Below, piece by piece: positions 37,834 through 47,858 of a DNA stretch of 64,000 bases. The number at the start of each line of letters is the position of its first letter. Position 1 is the stretch's first letter. The notes below the pieces were generated by a model. That model searched no databases. It had not been told where the DNA came from and was given only the letters and a program-made list of their open reading frames with translations. The stretch comes from a virus, in IMG/VR virus record IMGVR_UViG_3300032401_000001, positions 1 to 64,000 of that record, one strand, 5' to 3'. The position numbers were made by a program, and so were the translations under genes.

Positions 37834-38547
37834 TCAGTGTTGTGCCTGCTGGAAGAGCGTCAGCAACTTGCGCTTCTGGTACGACAGCTGCCCCTGCGTG
37901 AGATCGAACTTCTGCATGATCTCCTGGTTCGAGAGGACGTCCTTGCCGCCGTAGCCGGTGATGTGTTCGAAGAGCCGCTGCTGATGCGGTGACATGTCGT
38001 GGTACACGAAGCCGACCAGCGGGTTCTGTGTGTCAGCGACCGGGAAGGTAGCGGGATTGAATTCGCCGGAGGCCAGCAGCTCACGGCGACCGTAGGCCCG
38101 CTGGAACTCCGTGATGCGCTGCTCAGGCCAGCCCAGGTGATCGGAGAGCTCCGACGCGGTCGGGTCGCGCCCGAGCTCGTCCTTCAAGCGCCCCTGCGCG
38201 GCGTGGAAACTCACCATGCCGATGGCCTTGTGCTCGGGTAGGCGTGCTGCCTGGGCATGGCTGTAGGTCAAGCGGGACAGCTTCTGCAAACGGTTGGTGA
38301 CGTGGGTCGCTAGCGCCGTGCCCATGCGCGGGTTGTAGTCCTGGAGCGCCTCGACGGCGAGTACTTTGGCGTGGGTCTCCAGTAGATCACGGGAAAGCAT
38401 CCCCGACCAGCGCCCTACCTGCTGACCGATGAGTGGCTGCAGCTGGTTCAACACCGCTTGCAGGTCGGCGCCAGACCGGCTCTTCTGCCACTGCTGCCAC
38501 AGGCGCAGGTCTTCGGCCTTGCGGCCGCTCACTTCGCCAAGGTCCAT
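37834..38547 (-). CDS. Phage sigma-70 family sigma factor
   Basis: Region-2-like LAVEALQDYNPRMGTALATHV, region-3 ELGRDPTASELSDHLGW, C-terminal region-4-like HTH. Confidence 0.82.
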   Translation of the reverse strand: MDLGEVSGRKAEDLRLWQQWQKSRSGADLQAVLNQLQPLIGQQVGRWSGMLSRDLLETHAKVLAVEALQDYNPRMGTALATHVTNRLQKLSRLTYSHAQAARLPEHKAIGMVSFHAAQGRLKDELGRDPTASELSDHLGWPEQRITEFQRAYGRRELLASGEFNPATFPVADTQNPLVGFVYHDMSPHQQRLFEHITGYGGKDVLSNQEIMQKFDLTQGQLSYQKRKLLTLFQQAQH

Positions 38548-38573
38548 GCTCCGAGTTTACTGCAACTGAAGGG

Positions 38574-41516
38574 TCAGCGGGAGAGCTTGTACGTGGAGTA
38601 GATCTTCGCCCGGTGCGCCAGGAGGATGCCGTCCCATTGGGCGCGGAGCACCGGGAACGTGAGGGGTACGCCTTCGCCGGCAGTCTCGTTCTTGACCACA
38701 GCCCCCGCCGGCGGGACCTTCTCACCGGTCTGTGAGGACGTTCCGGCGCCACCCATGGGCGTGGTCGGGCTATCCGGAGGCAGGTTCTGCTGAGCGGCAG
38801 TGGCTACGTCGGCCGGCGTTGCTCCTTTGAGGTAGCGGATGCGAGTGTAGTAGCGCGCGGAGGGGATTCCACCGCCGTTCTGATACGCGAACTCGTCATT
38901 GGCACCTTCACGCACGCCGCCGATGAAAGAGACGTACTCGTCTAGCGTACAAATGGGACGCGAACCGTAGTTCATCCCCGCGTCGAAGCTGTCGAAGAGC
39001 GGTTCGAGGCCGGGTGTAGGGGTGAGCTCACGTTGCGCGGCCCCTGCCAGATTGTGGAACGTCAGCGGTGGCGCTACGATGGCCGCATCGACTTCGGCCA
39101 TCAGTGTCTTCACAGCTTCTTTGAGAGTCAAGAAGCCTTGCGACGACGCTTCGTAGAAGTCCGTGACCGCTTGACCCAGTGCGGGACGGTACAGCGACGC
39201 CGCTATCTTCTCGATCTGATCCAGGGCGTTCAGTGGACCGCGCAGCTCGGAGAACGCCTTCTTGATGCTCTCTGGGTCGAGCTGCAGACTGCCGGTGCGC
39301 GCCTTGGCCATCACCTCGAGCGTCACATCATTGTTCAACGGCGCCAGCGCCGCTTTCTGCGTGGTCAGTGCTGCGCGCTGTTCACGCAACGTCTCTTCAT
39401 TCGTGCCTTCGATCTTGATGGGCTCGATGGTGCCGTCCGGCTTGACGAATGCCAGCAGGTCACGAATACGGCACACCGAAGGGTAGGCGCGTGGCGCCGG
39501 CTGGGCGCGTGAACCTTCGGCGCTGCTCTCGGTACGTCGCCACAGCAAGCGCTGGTAGAACTGATCGGCGCGCCACTCGTGCTGCAGGATGTCGCGGATT
39601 TCGGGAATAGGCTCGGGTGGCGCAGCCGCCGTGGCGAGATTTTTGCGGTCCGGGTTCTGCGGTTGGTCCATCTCGTTGGCAACGTCCGTCAGGAACTCGT
39701 AGATCGTGCGTCCGTAGCTGAAGCTCAGCGAGGTCGCTGCGGACCCGGCCGAAATGGCGTGGGTGACCGCCATGAGATAGCCCACGAGATGCAGCCGCGA
39801 TTGGAAATCGTCGAACGCCACCAACGGGAATCCGGGAACGGGGTAGGGATCAAAGCCGCTGATCTCGATGACGCCGTTCCGCTTCTCGTAGCGCTGCCGG
39901 AAGTACTCGTGCTGAGCGTACAACCGGTAGAGGTCCTTCTCGGTGAGTGACGTCTCGCCTTTAGGCGGCGTGACAGTCTTGGAATCAGGGGTGCCTAGAC
40001 CCTCGGGGCCAAGCGGCTCATTCTGGATCTGCGCTTGGAAATAGAAGAGCCACGGGGGCGCCGCGGCCACTGCAGTGACTGGTCCTTTGAAGAACTCCTC
40101 GGGGTAGAGCAGGATGTTCTTCCCCGTCAGGAACGGATCCTTGACGATGCGCGCCTGCAACCGCTTGTCGATCGCTGGCGGGTAACCGACGGTCACCGCA
40201 TTGACCAACAGACTCTCCGGCTTATCGGTTCCGCCAGCGACCCCCGCCAGCTCGTGGTCTTCGACGTAGAGGCGCGTCGGCTGAGTCGCGTAGCTCTCCT
40301 GGTAGGAGAGCTGATGCACCATCGACGGAAAGATGACGTTGCACACCGGAGCCAGCGAGAAGAGACACTGCGGCTTGACGAAGTAGTTGGTCAAGCGCCC
40401 GGGCTCCATGGGGGTCATGAAGTACGGTGCGGAGAATGCGTTGGGCAGTCCCTGTGCCTTCGAGTTGGCGGCTTGTGCAGCGGCGGCGCCAGTGAGTGGT
40501 TGTCCCAAGAAGTTCTTCGGGGTCGGTCCAGGACCTAGAATCTCTCCGTTCAGGCCAGTCTTGACGTACGCCGGCGTCGGCAGCATGGCCAACTCCAGCT
40601 GCATGATGTCGAGGATCTGCTTGATCATCCCAAAGATGGCCACCTTGGACGCCTCGGCCGCCATCTGATCGCGGAGTGCCTTGACCGCGAAGTTCGAACG
40701 CACTGCGCGCAGGATGGGTGCCAAGCCCACCGGTTGGACTGACTTGGGGGTCGGCGTCTGATTGCCGACGGTGTCACAGACTTCTTCGAGGAAGGGCAGC
40801 GCCACGAACTTGTTGTGGAACTGGTTGCGGCGAATCCAGCGCACGAAGAAGTTGATCGCCGGCAGTGACCGCAGCTTGTCAGGGATCTTCGGTGACGTCA
40901 GTGCCCGGATGAAGTTGTAGATCAGGTCGTAGGGTCGCGTGATGATCTGTTCCTGCGCGGTCTTGTCGTTGCCGACTTCCGGGAGCAGCCCGCGGCAGAA
41001 GAGTGCGTAGGGGAAGGTCGCCACGGCTTGGGTGATCAGCGAACCGTCTTTGCCGGTCTCCTGCACCCCTTCAACGATGCCGGCCACCGTACTCATGTAG
41101 TAGAGGAAGAGCTGCGTGTAGAGTGCGATGTCAGCCACACAATCAATGACGATGCTCCGGCCGAGCGCGGTGTTACTGTAGCCCCAGCCGACGATCTCCC
41201 CTTCGAAGAGCATGCGCCAGGTGGGCTTCTCCGGTTCGAGGTACTCGTCCAGGTAGAAGAGCACCACCGGAACGCGGTCTTCGGCGCCTAGGCGCTGCAG
41301 GAGAGGATCCGGGAAGAGAGTGACGCGGCACTCGGGGATCTTCCAGACGCCGTAGCTCACCGTGGCTGAGGTGATGGGGATCTCGATGCCCGCGATGTAG
41401 AAGAGCAACGGTGCACGGTGCGGCATGTTGCTGGAGAAGACCGCGCGGATGCCCGCCGACTTACCGCTGCGATAGGTGAGCGGGTCGTACTTCTCTTGAC
41501 CGGGGAAGGCCGCCAT
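38574..41516 (-). CDS. Baseplate hub/tail protein
   Basis: 980 aa; FYIAGIEIP, LFEGEIVG, FDPYPVPGFP, YLMAVTH pattern of hub proteins; position. Confidence 0.65.
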   Translation of the reverse strand: MAAFPGQEKYDPLTYRSGKSAGIRAVFSSNMPHRAPLLFYIAGIEIPITSATVSYGVWKIPECRVTLFPDPLLQRLGAEDRVPVVLFYLDEYLEPEKPTWRMLFEGEIVGWGYSNTALGRSIVIDCVADIALYTQLFLYYMSTVAGIVEGVQETGKDGSLITQAVATFPYALFCRGLLPEVGNDKTAQEQIITRPYDLIYNFIRALTSPKIPDKLRSLPAINFFVRWIRRNQFHNKFVALPFLEEVCDTVGNQTPTPKSVQPVGLAPILRAVRSNFAVKALRDQMAAEASKVAIFGMIKQILDIMQLELAMLPTPAYVKTGLNGEILGPGPTPKNFLGQPLTGAAAAQAANSKAQGLPNAFSAPYFMTPMEPGRLTNYFVKPQCLFSLAPVCNVIFPSMVHQLSYQESYATQPTRLYVEDHELAGVAGGTDKPESLLVNAVTVGYPPAIDKRLQARIVKDPFLTGKNILLYPEEFFKGPVTAVAAAPPWLFYFQAQIQNEPLGPEGLGTPDSKTVTPPKGETSLTEKDLYRLYAQHEYFRQRYEKRNGVIEISGFDPYPVPGFPLVAFDDFQSRLHLVGYLMAVTHAISAGSAATSLSFSYGRTIYEFLTDVANEMDQPQNPDRKNLATAAAPPEPIPEIRDILQHEWRADQFYQRLLWRRTESSAEGSRAQPAPRAYPSVCRIRDLLAFVKPDGTIEPIKIEGTNEETLREQRAALTTQKAALAPLNNDVTLEVMAKARTGSLQLDPESIKKAFSELRGPLNALDQIEKIAASLYRPALGQAVTDFYEASSQGFLTLKEAVKTLMAEVDAAIVAPPLTFHNLAGAAQRELTPTPGLEPLFDSFDAGMNYGSRPICTLDEYVSFIGGVREGANDEFAYQNGGGIPSARYYTRIRYLKGATPADVATAAQQNLPPDSPTTPMGGAGTSSQTGEKVPPAGAVVKNETAGEGVPLTFPVLRAQWDGILLAHRAKIYSTYKLSR

Positions 41517-41525
41517 GGTCCTAGC

Positions 41526-42293
41526 CTACCCCGCAAGCACGCCGGTCTCGAGCACTTTCGCAAGACAGACGGCCAGGCAGCTCATCGGTACTCGCAGGTT
41601 GGGGTCATCGATGTCGTAGCGGCGGAGCAAATCGGCGTGCATCGCGGGCAGCCCCAGCGTTTGCAGCTCTCCGATGACCGCCGTCAACAAACCGGGTTTA
41701 CCGCGTAAAGCAGTGTCGATGACGAGGTTCGAACGCTGCCGGCACAGGTGGACAGCTGCCTCGATGGACGTGGGTGTTGGCACCAACGTGCGCAGTACTG
41801 GTGCCAAGTCGTTGCTGTGTGCGCGCAGGAACAACCAGCGTACGGCGCGGTTCACCTGGGGTCGATCGATGGCTAGATCGAGCAGCAGGGTACGGAGCTG
41901 ATCGGTGCTGCGCAGCGTTGAATCCCAGTGATCGTAGGGCAGCAGCAGCGACTGTTCGAAGCTGTTGGGAGGACCGACGAAACAAGTCGGGTCTTCGTCA
42001 ACCCACAAGGTCCAGCGCGCGGCGCTGTCACTGAAGACGCCGAAGGTCAACTGCGCCGCATAAGGCCACGCTATCGGCGGCGAAACCTCGTACCGGTAGC
42101 TGCTACCGCCCAAGCTCGTCCGCATGACCGTATAGCCACCGCGAGCTGTTTCGTCGAAGTAGATGACGACGTCATTGATGCTGATGAGCACAGCCGACAG
42201 GAGCGGTGCGCCGGTCAGTGTGAACTTGACGGCCTGCGTCGGTGCTGTCAGGTGGTCAGGTACCGGATCGTAATCGGAAACCACGGCAGGCAC
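41526..42293 (-). CDS. Hypothetical protein in the tail operon
   Basis: 255 aa with tight spacing to both neighbours. Confidence 0.65.
   Translation of the reverse strand: MPAVVSDYDPVPDHLTAPTQAVKFTLTGAPLLSAVLISINDVVIYFDETARGGYTVMRTSLGGSSYRYEVSPPIAWPYAAQLTFGVFSDSAARWTLWVDEDPTCFVGPPNSFEQSLLLPYDHWDSTLRSTDQLRTLLLDLAIDRPQVNRAVRWLFLRAHSNDLAPVLRTLVPTPTSIEAAVHLCRQRSNLVIDTALRGKPGLLTAVIGELQTLGLPAMHADLLRRYDIDDPNLRVPMSCLAVCLAKVLETGVLAG
41696..41710. promoter_or_regulatory. Palindromic motif GTTTAC-CGC-GTAAAG (copy 6, intragenic)
   Basis: Requires a TTA Leu codon in a GC-rich gene; ~180 nt upstream of the hub gene start. Confidence 0.55.
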
Positions 42294-42296
42294 GTA

Positions 42297-43262
42297 TCAT
42301 CCCCTGTCCATTGGTCTAGTTCCACCACGTACCGACGGTGGTGCCATCGTCGTGCTGGGATTCAAAGGTGGCTGAGTGCGCTCCTGCAGCGTTTTCTGCG
42401 GCGTTGTGGGTGGTGGCGCGGCTGATGTCGTCGGCGTCGGTGCCGTTGATGTTGCTGCGGGTTGAGCGGCGGGCTTCTCGGGCGCCGGCGCCGCCACCTG
42501 CAACTTCTTGGTGTCCGGCGTCGCAGCTGATGCCAACCCGTAGGGGCCACCGTCAGTGAACGGCGTCTTCAGCTTGCAGGGCGTACCCGCCGCCGGCGTG
42601 TAGATGACGTACTGCATCGGAATGAACTGGAACTGGAACGTCGCCATCATCTGCGTCTGGGCACTCAGTCCCTGGTTGTGCATGATGAACACACCCGAGA
42701 CGATGACGCTGTCGTAGCGCAGTCGTGCCAGCTTGCGCCGGCGCGCCAACTGCGTGCTGCGCAGGATGTCACGGTACATCCGCAGCATCCAGACGCGCTG
42801 GTCATCTTGGTAGGTGTTGAGGAGGACGCCACTGTAGGAGAACGTCGGAGCCCTTTGCCCGAAGGTGTAGACGACGAAGTTGTCACTGAGGGACTCGACG
42901 ACTTGGACCTTCTCTTGAAAGGATTCCTGAACGTCCGTCAGCAGAAAGTCGATGAAACCGGTGCCACCGGCGGCGCCTTTGGCCGCGCCACACAGCACCT
43001 GCGCCAGCTGCCGCGATTCTGGTGGGCAAGACTTGACGAAGTTGAGGCGTTCTTGAGCTGTACCGATGTCGATGTAGAGCCGCGCCATCGTCTCGCGGTA
43101 CTCAGCGTCGCGCGGCCCCTTGTTGATGGCGTACTTCGGGGTAGCTCCCGGATAGTCGGAGAAGACTCCGAGGACGGTCTGTGGGCCGTTCTCATCGATG
43201 TAAGGCGGTGACCCGAAGGTTTCGAAATCCCAACCACCCGGGATGATGCCAGGAAGACCCAT
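42297..43262 (-). CDS. Tail tube initiator-like protein
   Basis: FLLTDVQESFQEKVQVVE...YTFGQR...YSGVLLN pattern, downstream of the tape measure gene. Confidence 0.6.
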   Translation of the reverse strand: MGLPGIIPGGWDFETFGSPPYIDENGPQTVLGVFSDYPGATPKYAINKGPRDAEYRETMARLYIDIGTAQERLNFVKSCPPESRQLAQVLCGAAKGAAGGTGFIDFLLTDVQESFQEKVQVVESLSDNFVVYTFGQRAPTFSYSGVLLNTYQDDQRVWMLRMYRDILRSTQLARRRKLARLRYDSVIVSGVFIMHNQGLSAQTQMMATFQFQFIPMQYVIYTPAAGTPCKLKTPFTDGGPYGLASAATPDTKKLQVAAPAPEKPAAQPAATSTAPTPTTSAAPPPTTPQKTLQERTQPPLNPSTTMAPPSVRGGTRPMDRG

Positions 43263-43263
43263 C

Positions 43264-43473
43264 CTACTGCTCCTGCGGCGTGTCGCCGAGCTCGATCACT
43301 ATCTCGCCGGTGTTGTAGACCACGGCGAACGCTAGCTTGTAGAGCGACGGCAAAGCGAGATCAGCGTCTTGCCGTCGCCGCAGGTTGTTCATGATGTTGT
43401 CGTTGGCCAGGCGCAGCAAGCTCCGCGGCGTCGGCATCGTGAGCTGGCGAGTCGGTTGGTTGGCCATCATCAA
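43264..43473 (-). CDS. Small hypothetical protein
   Basis: 69 aa, coupled to the tape measure stop. Confidence 0.5.
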   Translation of the reverse strand: MMMANQPTRQLTMPTPRSLLRLANDNIMNNLRRRQDADLALPSLYKLAFAVVYNTGEIVIELGDTPQEQ

Positions 43474-46400
43474 TCCTTCGTCGCTCGACCCACCGTGTGC
43501 GCTACGGCTGAAGAGCGCAAGTACTCCGAAGTCTTGCGGAGGTCTTCCGTCGCCGCGCGGAATTCCTTTACGTCACGGCCACTGAGACCAGCTGCGCGTC
43601 CCGCCTCATCGCCGAACTTCTCCAGCTTGTCGGCTTGTTTGCGCGCCGCACGTTCACCGGCTCCACCAACGCCCTTACCACCGACACCTTCGCCACCGGC
43701 CTCGAATCCGCGTCGAACCAACTCAGCGCGTTTTTTCGGATCCTTCTCCGCTTCTTCTACGATAGCGGCTCGATCGTTGCCGGTCTCTGCCGCGATGACA
43801 TCCGCACCCTTCTGCAACGCCATGGCAGTGCGCACGCCCTCACTATCGCCTCTCACCTTCTGGGTCGCAGCAACTTGCGCTTCGCTACTCAGTCCCGCCA
43901 TCGTCTGGCCGAACTGGCGCAGTGCTTGTTGGATCTCAGGATCACCGGGTCTATTCTCCGGTTTACGCGCGTCTTTCCGCAGTCGGTCGTACTCACCCGG
44001 TTTGCCGGCGAGACGCGCTTTCACGGCGTCGCGAAGCTTCGTCGCGTTTTCGCTGTCACCTTTAGCGTCGAGCGCCTCTGCGGACGCCAGTAGCATGAGG
44101 TTGTCATCCTCGGTGCGGATGGCGAATTCTTCGAAGCCCTTCACACCCTTCTCTGAGATCCGTGTCGCCCGTCCTATCACAGCACCGATGACGGCGCCTA
44201 CAGGTCCCGCAGCTAAGAGACCGGCAACGGCACCGGTACCGGTAGCCGTACCAGTTTCACCAAGGAATGTGCGCGTCTTTTCAGCCTGCTCTTCTGCTTG
44301 TTTCTGAGCTTCCTCGAGATTGCGGGCTCGCTTGCCGGTATACGCTTCTTGCGTCGTAGTCAGAGCCCCCTTGGCGGCAGCCCCGCCTTCGTGTCCCAGG
44401 CGCCCCATGACGACCTCACGAGCACCCTGATCCCATTGCTTCGCCGCGGCGTCAGCATCGACACCTTCGCGACTCGCTGCAGCGATGAAATGCTTCTTGG
44501 CTTCTTCGTCACTCAGGGTCTTCGCGCGGCCCGCGAATGGAATGACGGCGCCCAAGCCTTGAACTTGCGCCAACTCCTGTCGTTTCGCCAGCGTACCGCT
44601 CATGCGGTCCACGATGGATTGCATCGTATCGGCGTTCACTTCACCGCCACCACCACCACCACCCCGTTGTGCCGCGTTGAGAGCTTCGATCTGGGCTTGT
44701 TGCGCGCGGGCCATTTCACCTTCGCCCATGCCCATGCCCTTGGAGATGCCAGCACCGAGCTTGGTCACATCCTCAGCTTCACGCCGCAGCTGTTGGGCAA
44801 AGGTTTCACCGCCCTTGATCTTTTCAATAGCCCTGCCCGCTGTGCTGATGCCACCGCCCATCATGAAGCGATCGGCACCACCGGCACCAAACATGTTGGC
44901 GGCCCAGGGCGCGTATTCGGCAACTTGGCCCCACGTGCCACCACGGGCACGCGCCCACTGAGCAACGTTGGATTCGCGCGCTGCGGATGCTTCTGGAAGA
45001 ATGGCCGTACCGACGCCTACCATCGCAGCTTTACCTAAACCACCACCAAAGGCCATCGGCAGAATGTCTTTCGCGCCACCGTACATCGAAGACAGTTCTT
45101 CCCAAGCCGTAAGCGGCGTGTCACCGCGGGTCGGACGCAGCCCTCCCGCAGCACCGCGGGCACGTTCCCAACCCTTGTCGGTGAGCATGTTCCGTTCAAG
45201 GACGCGTTGAGTTTCGCGATTCTCGACAGACAAGCGCTCTGAGGGACGTACAATCTGCGCACCTGTGGTAGTGCGATCACTTCCCGTCCACCACGACGCG
45301 ACGTCGGTACGCAGACCGCGGTACATCTCCCCGAGGCCACCACCGACACGCCCGAGTTTCTCCCCAGCTTCATAGACGGGCCGGAACATCTCGCGCCGGG
45401 TCGCGGCGGCACCGGCGTCGATGACGTTCTGCCGCCGTTCCATCTCCTCTTGGCGCATGCGGGGGATGTCGGCACGAACTTGCTGGGCCGCCGCCCGCCA
45501 GACATCGCGGTTCCCCGCCATGAGCTCGAGGTCGCGCGCCTGCTGCGCTCCCATCCCCAGCTGTTGCAGTGCACTGCCGAGACCGATGTTGCCGCCAAAC
45601 TCGCGCTGTACGTTCATGCCTTGCCGGATGAGCATCATCTGCATGCCCATCGGCCCCAGGCGGCGTCCCATCTCGTCGGCCAGTTCCCGCTGCCGCGAGG
45701 TGAACTCTGAGATCACGCGCTCTTGTGAAACTCCGCCCATCTGGGCCAGCCGCGAGATGTTCGTCGCGGCTCCGGACGCTTGTTGCGACAGCGAAGCGCG
45801 GCCGGACTGCACGTCTTCCAGGCGTTCCTGATCGATCGTCAACTCACCCTTAGCCCCGCGGGTCAGCATCGACATGAGCGGGTAGCGCATGTTGAGCATC
45901 GCCGCCTGGCCTTCCATCATCGTCTGGGCCAGACCCTGGCGACCACCGGCGAGCGCGAGTTGCTGCGGGGTGTAGGTGCCGACGGCTTCAGCTTGCCGGG
46001 CCATGCCGTAGGCGCCCATGCCGGCCTGTGCTCCCAGCCCAGCGGTGAGCCCCGCTTGCTGGAACATCATGCCGCCGTGCCGGCCCGCCGTTTCCATCAG
46101 CGCCTGGGGGGTGGTGCCCGCCATGCGCGAGAAGAGCTGCGCGTTGCGCGCCGCGACCATGGTCTCAGGAACCGAAAGACCCATCGCCCGCATGCTGGCC
46201 ATCGATTGCATGGCCTGCTGTACGTCGGGACTCTCGACGATCATCATGAACTGGCGTACCGCCCGGGCGATGTTGCGCACCTGGCCGGAGATCTGCTCAC
46301 CCGACTGCGCCATGTCCATCATGCCGCGTTGACCAGCGATGTTCGTGATGCGCATCACGTCGCGCATGTTGAACTCGCTCATCTCGCCGCCTTCGACCAT

Positions 46401-47384
46401 CTTCTGCATCTGCCCCGCCGTTTGCACGGCGGCGCGCTGGGTCAGGCCCCGTCCCAGCGGGTGCAACTGTGGACCCGTGACCACGAACTGCCGGGTCATC
46501 TCTTCGAGTTGCTGGCCGTAGGCGCGTTGCCGAACCATCGGGTCAATCGCCGCTTCACCGATGCGCGTCAAACCCAGCGGCTCAGCCCCGAGTGCCCCGG
46601 CTACGCCACCGCCAAAGAATCCCAGTGCGGCCCCGCGCGCACCTCCCATACGAGCGCCCAGAGCTGCACCACCCAGCGCGCCGGGAACCGACCCCGCCAA
46701 CGTCGGGGTCACCGCCATCGCCTGGGCGAAGGCGCGGTTCCCCATGGTCTCCTGCTGCATCTGCTCACGGAACCATGGTTCACCGAAGCGACCACCTGGT
46801 GCCGGACCACCGAAGACCTGTGGCAGCATGCCACCCAGCTGGGGTCCGCCGGGGAAGAGCGGCATGTACGGCTGCGGGATGAACGGCGCCGGCATGGGCG
46901 CGTTGAAGCCCACGGGTGGCACCTGGGGCTGCATCAGCGCGCCCGGAGCAAAGAGCTGGTTCGCCGGTAAGCCGGGGCGGTACATCGCCATCGCCGCCGG
47001 GGTCTGGTAGATGGGGCTGGGAATACCACCGGGACCCGGTAGGCCCATGGTAGGTGTGCCTCCCGCTTGGGTCTGCGCCATGTACTGCGCGATCTGTGCG
47101 GGCAGGTAGTTCTGCTGGATCTGCTGTAGACGCTGGGAGAAGTCGACGGCGAACTGGTTCTGGACCTGGCTATGCTGGTGGGCGGCCTGTACCTGGGTCT
47201 GCATCTGCGCCGCCATCTCTGCGGCGACCTGCCCCGGGTGCTTGGTCTGCGGTTGCTGGAAAGCTTGTGCTACCGGTCCGCCGAATCCTTGAGCACCGCC
47301 GGACGTAGGCAGCAGCCCGACCTGGGCGGCCATGCTGTTGAACCCGGTGATGATCTCGCGCAGGTTCTGGGTCGCGTCGGCCAC
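43470..47384 (-). CDS. Tail tape measure protein
   Basis: 1304 aa, Ala/Gly/Met/Gln-rich and helical, directly downstream of the chaperone pair. Confidence 0.8.
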   Translation of the reverse strand: MADATQNLREIITGFNSMAAQVGLLPTSGGAQGFGGPVAQAFQQPQTKHPGQVAAEMAAQMQTQVQAAHQHSQVQNQFAVDFSQRLQQIQQNYLPAQIAQYMAQTQAGGTPTMGLPGPGGIPSPIYQTPAAMAMYRPGLPANQLFAPGALMQPQVPPVGFNAPMPAPFIPQPYMPLFPGGPQLGGMLPQVFGGPAPGGRFGEPWFREQMQQETMGNRAFAQAMAVTPTLAGSVPGALGGAALGARMGGARGAALGFFGGGVAGALGAEPLGLTRIGEAAIDPMVRQRAYGQQLEEMTRQFVVTGPQLHPLGRGLTQRAAVQTAGQMQKMVEGGEMSEFNMRDVMRITNIAGQRGMMDMAQSGEQISGQVRNIARAVRQFMMIVESPDVQQAMQSMASMRAMGLSVPETMVAARNAQLFSRMAGTTPQALMETAGRHGGMMFQQAGLTAGLGAQAGMGAYGMARQAEAVGTYTPQQLALAGGRQGLAQTMMEGQAAMLNMRYPLMSMLTRGAKGELTIDQERLEDVQSGRASLSQQASGAATNISRLAQMGGVSQERVISEFTSRQRELADEMGRRLGPMGMQMMLIRQGMNVQREFGGNIGLGSALQQLGMGAQQARDLELMAGNRDVWRAAAQQVRADIPRMRQEEMERRQNVIDAGAAATRREMFRPVYEAGEKLGRVGGGLGEMYRGLRTDVASWWTGSDRTTTGAQIVRPSERLSVENRETQRVLERNMLTDKGWERARGAAGGLRPTRGDTPLTAWEELSSMYGGAKDILPMAFGGGLGKAAMVGVGTAILPEASAARESNVAQWARARGGTWGQVAEYAPWAANMFGAGGADRFMMGGGISTAGRAIEKIKGGETFAQQLRREAEDVTKLGAGISKGMGMGEGEMARAQQAQIEALNAAQRGGGGGGGEVNADTMQSIVDRMSGTLAKRQELAQVQGLGAVIPFAGRAKTLSDEEAKKHFIAAASREGVDADAAAKQWDQGAREVVMGRLGHEGGAAAKGALTTTQEAYTGKRARNLEEAQKQAEEQAEKTRTFLGETGTATGTGAVAGLLAAGPVGAVIGAVIGRATRISEKGVKGFEEFAIRTEDDNLMLLASAEALDAKGDSENATKLRDAVKARLAGKPGEYDRLRKDARKPENRPGDPEIQQALRQFGQTMAGLSSEAQVAATQKVRGDSEGVRTAMALQKGADVIAAETGNDRAAIVEEAEKDPKKRAELVRRGFEAGGEGVGGKGVGGAGERAARKQADKLEKFGDEAGRAAGLSGRDVKEFRAATEDLRKTSEYLRSSAVAHTVGRATKD

Positions 47385-47387
47385 TGT

Positions 47388-47858
47388 CTATTCATCCTTG
47401 TGCCAGGGCTTGTCGATCCCCTTGCGGGCGGCGGTACGGCGTGCGGCAAGACGTTGTTCGAAGACTGCTGCACGTCGCTGCTGTTCCGTATTGTCCTCCT
47501 CCTCACTGAAGGAAGCAACCCGCTCGAGCAGGCGCGCATCCCGCATCGCTACTTCTCGTCGCAGCTTCGACTCGCGCTGTAGGTCTTGCAAGCGGCGTTC
47601 GATCTCCTCCGGGTTGAAGATGGTCCCGAAGATGGCCAGTGCGAGCTCCTCCTCCAACCGGCTAACAAAGGCGGCCCCGGCACCGCGCAGCAGCCCAGTG
47701 AGCATACGTCCGGTGTGCACCGTCGTGTAGTACGACGCGATGCGTTCACGCTCGAGCGTCTCCTGCAAGATGCGATCTTGGACCGAGCCACGAGGCGGCA
47801 GCGAGAGACCCCGAGCGCGGAGGGACGCCCGTGCATAGCCCCGCGGCTGGGCTAGAAA
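47388..47858 (-). CDS. Tail assembly chaperone C-terminal (GT-like) extension, probably reached by -1 frameshift
   Basis: The frame is open upstream of the annotated TTG 47768 back into the upstream gene's last codons: FLAQPRGYARASLRARGLSLPPRGSVQDRILQE... Confidence 0.65.
   Translation of the reverse strand, partial: FLAQPRGYARASLRARGLSLPPRGSVQDRILQETLERERIASYYTTVHTGRMLTGLLRGAGAAFVSRLEEELALAIFGTIFNPEEIERRLQDLQRESKLRREVAMRDARLLERVASFSEEEDNTEQQRRAAVFEQRLAARRTAARKGIDKPWHKDE

Noticed and set aside
45780-46970. 396-aa + strand ORF
   Set aside because: Antisense shadow of the tape measure gene.
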